From Candidatus Enterousia sp. (GTDB lineage Bacteria > Pseudomonadota > Alphaproteobacteria > Rs-D84): 64,000 nucleotides of DNA. How positions within the stretch are numbered: position 1 is the stretch's first letter; each line of letters opens with the position of its first letter. This document shows positions 58,191-64,000 of this stretch, piece by piece. The stretch lies in contig JAZRIB010000009.1 in assembly GCA_045645065.1 (NCBI GenBank), positions 58,464-122,463 on the forward strand. The letters are read 5' to 3'. A model generated the notes under the pieces. It did not search any database. It worked only from the letters and a program-made list of their open reading frames with translations, and was not told the origin of the DNA. Made by a program: the position numbers and the translations under genes.

Positions 58191-58691
58191 ATGAAAATCT
58201 TTGTAACACAAGAATATTTTGACAGAACAAAAAAAAGAATCTGTGAACTAAATGAAAAGTTAGCCCATATACGCTGTGACAAATCTGCTGCGTATACAGA
58301 AGATACAAATACATGGCATGATAATTTCGCATATGAACATTTGACCCGTGAAGAAAAACAGACAGAAAAATATATTTCTGATTTGATGATGGACATGGAT
58401 AGTATGTTAATTGTTCCAACTGATACCGTTAAGGATATAAATATAGTTGGCCTTAATTGTTGGGTGTGTGTTACCCAAGAAAGCGAGGATACAGGTATCA
58501 AGACAAAATGTCGTTTGGGGATTGTTCCATTGGGGGCAGAAAATATCAAAGAAAAATTGTATGCGTATAATACACCATTGGTGAAACCTTTAATTGGGTT
58601 GTCTGTGGGGGATGAAACGACTGTGTATGTGCCGTCTGGAAAATTGTATGTGACAATTGATGCGATTGAATTAATTAATCAAAAGGATTAA
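58191..58691 (+). CDS. GreA/GreB-family factor with divergent tip
   Basis: N-terminal coiled coil with WHDNFAY in place of DLSENAEY; C-terminal TPL.K.LIG..VGD....VPSG. Confidence 0.8.
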   Translation: MKIFVTQEYFDRTKKRICELNEKLAHIRCDKSAAYTEDTNTWHDNFAYEHLTREEKQTEKYISDLMMDMDSMLIVPTDTVKDINIVGLNCWVCVTQESEDTGIKTKCRLGIVPLGAENIKEKLYAYNTPLVKPLIGLSVGDETTVYVPSGKLYVTIDAIELINQKD

Positions 58692-58693
58692 AT

Positions 58694-59476
58694 ATGATGA
58701 AAGATATCAGTTTTTCTGCATATGTTTTGCCTGTGCGTAATGGGCAGGTCGCATTGTTAAAATATGGTGAACACGGCTATGGACCAATTGGCGGGCGATT
58801 GGATGATGGCGAAGATTTTTTGACTGCGCTGCGGCGTGAACTGACCGAAGAATTGGGCGAATCTGCATCTGTGCTGGCGGATAGTGCTGTTGAAATTCCC
58901 GTGCCATATGCATTTCGTCACCCAACCACCGAACGCGCGCAAAAACGTGGCACCTGGGCCGAAGAACATCACTTTTATATCGTACATGTCCCAGATGATA
59001 TGGAATTGAATTTCTGTGAAAATCGCCCCGAAGAAATATCGGTCGCATGGGTTGCCCCCGACGACTTATTAAACCCAAAAATCACAGCATTTGACGATAT
59101 GCGTGAATTTTATGTGTCGCATATCCTGCCGAATTTGGATTGTAGATTTTCAATGAGTTTGCACCCCGAATACTATGAAATGGTGCGTTCGGGTGAAAAA
59201 GATATTGAACTGCGTCTGTATGATGAAAAGCGTCGCAGAATGCGCAACGGCGATATGTTGCTGATATATAATGCGCAAAATCGTAATGATTATATTCGGG
59301 CTAAAATTGTGCGCCTGCATATTGCCAAAAGTTTTGCAGATCTGGATACAAAAATCAGTATGCCCCGAACCGGTTTCGCATCGCTAAATGCACTGATGTC
59401 CGCAATATCAAAATTCTATGATGCCGAAATGGAATCCAAATATGGTATTGTGGGGATAGAGTTAGAGGTTATATAA
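58694..59476 (+). CDS. NUDIX-ASCH fusion protein
   Basis: GGRLDDGE...LRRELTEELG; C-terminal L.PEYYEMVRSGEKDIELRL.DEKRR...GD, YG..GIE. Confidence 0.88.
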   Translation: MMKDISFSAYVLPVRNGQVALLKYGEHGYGPIGGRLDDGEDFLTALRRELTEELGESASVLADSAVEIPVPYAFRHPTTERAQKRGTWAEEHHFYIVHVPDDMELNFCENRPEEISVAWVAPDDLLNPKITAFDDMREFYVSHILPNLDCRFSMSLHPEYYEMVRSGEKDIELRLYDEKRRRMRNGDMLLIYNAQNRNDYIRAKIVRLHIAKSFADLDTKISMPRTGFASLNALMSAISKFYDAEMESKYGIVGIELEVI

Positions 59477-59807
59477 CCACAAACTCGTTTAATTCCAGCC
59501 AATCAGTTTCATGGAAATCGGGAAAGTATTTGTTAAAAAATTCAATATGAACACGTCGCCAGTGTGCCAGGGACAGGTCGCCTTCGCCCTCTATTTTTGC
59601 CCATGCGTCATCAATGTCACAAAACCGACACTTTTGAACGGCTGTAATTTGAATTCGTATTGTTTCGCCACAACTATTATAGATTTCTTGAACATCACCA
59701 ATTTTTGCCATTGGTTCTTTGTCAGAATACCGACTGCACGTTCCCTGTTTGCGCCCATTGCGTACCAGCACAAACAATTCATCATTATCAAAAGTCCAAC
59801 GGTTCAT
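59469..59807 (-). CDS. ASCH-domain protein (YhfF-like)
   Basis: LV..G.K.GTCS, A..EGEGDLSL.HWR..H..FF. Start placed at MNRWTF. Confidence 0.88.
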   Translation of the reverse strand: MNRWTFDNDELFVLVRNGRKQGTCSRYSDKEPMAKIGDVQEIYNSCGETIRIQITAVQKCRFCDIDDAWAKIEGEGDLSLAHWRRVHIEFFNKYFPDFHETDWLELNEFVVI

Positions 59808-59811
59808 TATT

Positions 59812-60837
59812 TTACACCACTGCATTTTCTGTGATTTCAAATGTATGGTTATCACAATCCAGGCGTGCCATGCATCCCATTGGCATGGCCATAATTGGGT
59901 CGGTATGCCCGATATCAAAGTGTGTTACAACCGGCATGTCGGTTAATCCAAATTCCGCCAAGCCTTGCAAAATACGTTTTTCGTATTTTGGGTTGTTTTC
60001 ATTCTTTGGTCGGCCAAATATAATCGCACGCATTTGTTGCAGGATTCCACACGCCCCATAATTACGCAGCCAATATAACACTTGGTCTGGGGTTGGATTT
60101 TCCTCGGAAATTTCAAAGAACACAATCTTGTCCTTGAAATTATCGGGATTCCAGATTTGTGTCCCCTTAATCATTTCAATCACTTCCATGCATCCGCCAA
60201 ACAGTTCGCCACTAACAACACCCGAACCCTGAATCCAGTGCCAACCATCTGTTGGTTGCATTTTGCGGACCTGTGTTTGACCCGCAGGCGTAAACCAATC
60301 GACACGTTCGTATGTAAAGCCGTCTTTGTTTTCTGGCACAATTCCGATTGTTGTGTTATCAAACAGGACTTTACGCATACTTTGTTCAACATATGGCAAT
60401 ATTCCACCCGCTTCGGCCATTTGTACCAGCATTGATGGCCCATAAAAACTGTTCAGTCCCGCATAATGACACATGTGACAATTTACGGTTGAATCAGAAT
60501 ATCCCATAAAAATCTTTGGATTATTACGGATAATGTCCCAGTCGATATATGGCAGCATACGAATTGTATCATCACCGCCGATATTGGAAATTATTGCCTT
60601 AACATCTGGGTTCTGAAATGCCCACATCATGTCAGATGCACGAACCTCGGGGTGATTGTACAGATATTCTGCATCATCCAGCGCATGTGGCGCCTCAATC
60701 ACTTTTACGCCAAACGTTTGTTCCAGTTGTCGTTTCGCTTGGGCGTATCTGTCGGGCAACAACCCCGCACCGCCCCATGATAATGAAACGGTCGCAACGG
60801 TATCGCCAACATTTAACTTCGCAGGTTTAATTCCCAT
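59812..60837 (-). CDS. S66 peptidase (LD-carboxypeptidase/MccF-like)
   Basis: IGGDD, FMGYSDST, LFGGC.E, FFE.SEE, IGHTDP. Confidence 0.92.
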   Translation of the reverse strand: MGIKPAKLNVGDTVATVSLSWGGAGLLPDRYAQAKRQLEQTFGVKVIEAPHALDDAEYLYNHPEVRASDMMWAFQNPDVKAIISNIGGDDTIRMLPYIDWDIIRNNPKIFMGYSDSTVNCHMCHYAGLNSFYGPSMLVQMAEAGGILPYVEQSMRKVLFDNTTIGIVPENKDGFTYERVDWFTPAGQTQVRKMQPTDGWHWIQGSGVVSGELFGGCMEVIEMIKGTQIWNPDNFKDKIVFFEISEENPTPDQVLYWLRNYGACGILQQMRAIIFGRPKNENNPKYEKRILQGLAEFGLTDMPVVTHFDIGHTDPIMAMPMGCMARLDCDNHTFEITENAVV

Positions 60838-61567
60838 GTTTATGCCCCCTTTTATTTTGTTTGTTTATTACAGAAATAAATTCATCGTGGTTGTATTCTG
60901 TGTTTGGTCGAAAACATTGTTTTTCCCCGCGATTAAATATATACCATGGTTTTGTGCCAATAATTTTTACAATATTGCCATTTGTGTACAGGCTGTCTTC
61001 TTCGGGTAACGCGATAATGGGTTCATGGTGCGAATATTGATTCAAATATTCTGTAGCGATTTGCGTTTGTTTTGCGTCTTGATTGGTATAGTGTGCCGTC
61101 AGAGAGCATCCAAACAACATATTAAAACCACGTGTGTCGTCTAAACCAGAATCATTTGAATCCATGTACAAGCAAGAGTCAATATCGTTGCCGAAAATAA
61201 TGGCACCGGCACTGCCACCATAAATAATGCCATCATTATCCAGATATTCTTGGATTTGTTCAAATGCACCACTGGCTTTTAAAAGTTGTAACAGACGGTA
61301 TGTGTTTCCACCACCGATAAAAATTGCAGCATAATCAGACAAATTATGTTCGCGGATTTCAGATGCAGAACGCACGATAATAAATTCGCCATGTTTTATG
61401 TTACTAAATTCGCTATTTATCCATTCCAAACAGCTGTCGTATCTGTGTGGTTCCATTGCCAATGGAATATACAAAATTGGTTTTGTTGGGTCTATTAAGT
61501 GTTCAAACATTTTGTTTGAAATAATTGTTTGCTTGTCACTGCCACCACCGCCCAGTAGTATATGCAT
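60827..61567 (-). CDS. S51 peptidase (dipeptidase E-like)
   Basis: YIPLA, IFIGGGNT..LL, GGSAGA, AHY. Confidence 0.9.
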   Translation of the reverse strand: MHILLGGGGSDKQTIISNKMFEHLIDPTKPILYIPLAMEPHRYDSCLEWINSEFSNIKHGEFIIVRSASEIREHNLSDYAAIFIGGGNTYRLLQLLKASGAFEQIQEYLDNDGIIYGGSAGAIIFGNDIDSCLYMDSNDSGLDDTRGFNMLFGCSLTAHYTNQDAKQTQIATEYLNQYSHHEPIIALPEEDSLYTNGNIVKIIGTKPWYIFNRGEKQCFRPNTEYNHDEFISVINKQNKRGHKHGN

Positions 61568-61569
61568 TA

Positions 61570-61983
61570 TTATACCTTTTTGGTTAAGGTTTCTATAACC
61601 CAATTTTTTATAGCAACGGGAAATAGTTTTGTGTCGTTTAGGTCGGAAATTTTCACTTTTTCAAAGTCTATTAAATCTTCTTGGCTGTTGATTTCTGTGG
61701 TGTTGATATCTACACGTTTAACGACTTCGATGCCATACAAGAAATTACCTTTGGAATCATATCCCTGATTTTCAATAGCCAATAATATGCCATCATGAAT
61801 AGTGATGTCTGATTCTATAACACCCATTTCTTCGTTCAGTTCACGTGTGATACATTGATTTAATGTTTCGCCTAATTCAAGCCCACCACCCGGCAAGAAA
61901 TAATAACCACCCGCCAGGTGTTTGCATAGAACAATACAGTCGCCTTGTATAATTAAGCATCTGCTGGTTGTTTGTGTGCGCAT
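61570..61983 (-). CDS. NUDIX hydrolase
   Basis: FLPGGGLELGETLNQCITRELNEEMG; AAGGA RBS. Confidence 0.9.
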   Translation of the reverse strand: MRTQTTSRCLIIQGDCIVLCKHLAGGYYFLPGGGLELGETLNQCITRELNEEMGVIESDITIHDGILLAIENQGYDSKGNFLYGIEVVKRVDINTTEINSQEDLIDFEKVKISDLNDTKLFPVAIKNWVIETLTKKV

Positions 61984-62001
61984 GGGTGTGTCCTTTTGGT
62001 T

Positions 62002-62174
62002 TTACCGTATAATCGTATGCTTGAACCATTGTTCTTGGAAAGCGGTTTTTTGTTCAATATATTCGTTTGTTGGATTTTGTCTGTCGGGCAAAGATTTTGA
62101 AAAATACCTGTATCAGGCGTATGAATTTTATCAAGAACGGTTTGTAAGCCTTTTATTATCTGCTCGTCTGTCAT
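62002..62174 (-). pseudogene. Possible frameshifted or degenerate small gene
   Basis: RBS and ATG at 62174 (MTDEQIIKGLQTVLDK); an alternative frame LPDRQNPTNEYIEQKTAFQEQWFKHTIIR* ends just before the NUDIX RBS. Confidence 0.3.
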
Positions 62175-62285
62175 GTTTCATCCTTATCATCATAAATTAT
62201 ATCACAATGCATCACAGTGTCAAATTCTAGTTGACAACTTAAATGTTCGTACTATATTAATAACGATTGCAAAAAGGATAGAATA

Positions 62286-63083
62286 ATGCAAAAGAAATTG
62301 AAAAAAGAAATTTTACTTCATATTCCTGCGGCCGTAGCGGGATATGTGTTGGCGTTGTTGGCGATTAATATTCACAGTGAAAACAAATTCAAACAGCGTC
62401 AAGATGCAGCTGTGTATGTCACAGATGATCACAGCCGTGATGCTGAATTAAATCGTGCTATTTTTAGCCCAGATACATTCGAAAATATTGAGTGGCAGTA
62501 CCAAACAAATCAGCGTGTTGGTGAAATCTTTGGTAAAACAGCGGCCAAAGAATACGCTATGGATATATATTCTTTGAAATCCGGGGCGGCTGCAGCTGAA
62601 CAAATGTTCGGTGATGAAAAAGATTACTGTGCCGAAGCGGTTGTTCAAGCGTATCGTGATGCTGAATCTAGATTGCGTTTTCGTAGTTCGAATTTGAAAG
62701 CTGTTCCATTTCCTGTGGAACGTTGTGATACATCAAAAGCCTTTCGCAAATCAATGCGTAATGCAAAACATTTGGTAAAATACTTTGAAGCGGACAGTGT
62801 GCCAAACTCTATTGTAAAAAAGCCGTCCACAGAAGAAATGGCAACAATCAGCGCAGGGGCAATTATTCGCAAAGGTCGCCATTGTTATATGTATATGGGG
62901 TTGGGGTATATTGACAAAGATGGACATACTTTTGTTGCGGATTCTCGTGGTCGTCCAGTGGTTGCGTCCAGCAATAAAAAACAGTTGTTTGAATATTTTG
63001 ATTGGTTCAAATGCACTGTTGTTGATGTGCCAAAAATCGTCGAATATAAATTGCAACACGATGTTCAAAGACATGTACGCTAA
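62286..63083 (+). CDS. Membrane-anchored NlpC/P60-like protein, paralog A
   Basis: N-terminal hydrophobic helix; DYCAEAV and GAIIRKGRHCYMYMG; paralogous to 63095. Confidence 0.65.
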   Translation: MQKKLKKEILLHIPAAVAGYVLALLAINIHSENKFKQRQDAAVYVTDDHSRDAELNRAIFSPDTFENIEWQYQTNQRVGEIFGKTAAKEYAMDIYSLKSGAAAAEQMFGDEKDYCAEAVVQAYRDAESRLRFRSSNLKAVPFPVERCDTSKAFRKSMRNAKHLVKYFEADSVPNSIVKKPSTEEMATISAGAIIRKGRHCYMYMGLGYIDKDGHTFVADSRGRPVVASSNKKQLFEYFDWFKCTVVDVPKIVEYKLQHDVQRHVR

Positions 63084-63094
63084 TAAAAAAGGAT

Positions 63095-63880
63095 ATGAAA
63101 ATGGATATTAAAAAGGTTTTGAATTCAAGAAAGTTTGCATTACCAGCCACGGCAGTTGCAACTTTTTTGTTGACTTTGGCAATTTGTGGTCGTGATCCAA
63201 AGGAACAGTTTGCAGATCAGCAGGAATCTACAGTTTATACGATTGATGCTGATTCTGGGGAACGTATCTTGGATCGCAGATATTTTGACCCAGCGACGTT
63301 CAAGGCCGTGGATTGGGCTAATATGTCTAATGCGGAAATTGGTAAATTGCTGGGTGAAACAGCCGCCAAAGAATTAGCGATGGATATTGATTCTATTAAT
63401 CGTCGCTTGGCAACCCCAGGTAAATTATTTGGCTTGGATTATAATTATTGCAATAAAAGTGTTACAAATGCAATTGTCGATGCGACGGCGCGTATGAAGT
63501 TCCGCAATAATTGTTTTGATGGTCGTCCATTTGCTAAAAAAGCAGGTCGCAATGAGGCGTTATATAACGGGGATCATCTGATTAAGTATTTTGCTTCGGA
63601 CAGTATTCCGGGTGCCGTGATTCAGAATCCATCCGCGGAAGCCTTCAAAACTATTAATCCTGGTGCGGTTGTGCGTTTTCCAGGTCATACCAAGATGTTT
63701 ATTGGTGTCGGTTTTGTTGATGGTATGGGTACAGTATTTGTGCCGCATGCAGCGGGTAAGCCAGTTATTGCCTCAGGTTATAATGAACGCTTTTCATATT
63801 TTAGTGGTGGCGAATGTACTGTCATTGATATTGCTCGTGTTGTTGAACATAATTTGGGAAAATCTGGTCGTAATCGTTAA
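63095..63880 (+). CDS. Membrane-anchored NlpC/P60-like protein, paralog B
   Basis: NYCNKSV and PGAVVRFPGHTKMFIG; shares TAAKE.AMDI.S, YF..DS.P, G..FV...G.PV.AS with paralog A. Confidence 0.65.
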   Translation: MKMDIKKVLNSRKFALPATAVATFLLTLAICGRDPKEQFADQQESTVYTIDADSGERILDRRYFDPATFKAVDWANMSNAEIGKLLGETAAKELAMDIDSINRRLATPGKLFGLDYNYCNKSVTNAIVDATARMKFRNNCFDGRPFAKKAGRNEALYNGDHLIKYFASDSIPGAVIQNPSAEAFKTINPGAVVRFPGHTKMFIGVGFVDGMGTVFVPHAAGKPVIASGYNERFSYFSGGECTVIDIARVVEHNLGKSGRNR

Positions 63881-63907
63881 AAAAAACGCACCGTTTGGTG
63901 CGTTTTT
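63879..63907. terminator. Bidirectional terminator
   Basis: AAAAACGCACC-GTTT-GGTGCGTTTTT. Confidence 0.8.
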
Positions 63908-64000
63908 AAACGGGTAGCCCTTGTCGGGATGCCAAGGTGAGTCCAAAGTCCCAGATTTCCAATAGTTTCAGACAGTCGATTTGGTCCGCCTGCATCACAC
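63906..64000 (-). CDS. Probable 3' end of a gene entering from beyond the window
   Basis: Open frame ...VMQADQIDCLKLLEIWDFGLTLASRQGLPV* stops at the convergent terminator. Confidence 0.4.
   Translation of the reverse strand, partial: VMQADQIDCLKLLEIWDFGLTLASRQGLPV

Noticed and set aside
1-64000. Alternative genetic code or stop-codon reassignment
   Set aside because: Core genes are full length under code 11, and TGA, TAG and TAA all end genes at expected positions (e.g. virB11 and the autotransporter end in TGA).
63906-64000. Group II intron 3' end or structured ncRNA (minus strand ends ...CTACCCG)
   Set aside because: No domain V consensus is visible, and an open frame ending at a convergent terminator explains it more simply. 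Truncated by the window edge.

Overview
AT-rich bacterial chromosomal window. It reads as an alphaproteobacterium, from the RNase E S1 insertion, acidic L9 tail, DUF2066-like gene, WPGFVD-type MotB-like protein and a characteristic HTH regulator. The compact layout suggests a reduced, host-associated uncultured lineage (inference). Translation follows the standard code. Housekeeping genes: fba, efp, ppa, gap, miaA, rnhB, pgk, ctpA, rpsB-tsf, clpP-clpX, rpsF-rpsR-rplI, polA, pth, rne, recO, plus three tRNAs (Arg-ACG, Leu-AAG, Asp-GTC). Envelope genes: alpha-2-macroglobulin/pbpC, S8 protease, several outer-membrane barrels, a Slam with its surface-lipoprotein cargo (type XI secretion), a Pmp-like autotransporter, a lone VirB11-type ATPase and a MotA/MotB-like pair. 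I saw no IS element, prophage, rRNA or CRISPR array. Most notable observations: (1) a well-formed tRNA-Leu with the rare A34 anticodon AAG; (2) three diverged orphan paralogs flanking clpPX, two sitting behind a near-identical 112-bp terminator-promoter-RBS module; (3) a Fic (His->Gln) / APH-like kinase / Smr gene string; (4) a NUDIX/ASCH/phosphorylase/MccF-like/PepE-like island with an atypical Gre factor; (5) tandem divergent NlpC/P60-like proteins; (6) two elements missing from the ORF track, a thymidine-kinase remnant and a 38-aa LptM-like lipoprotein. All family calls come from motif recognition by eye; no database search was run.
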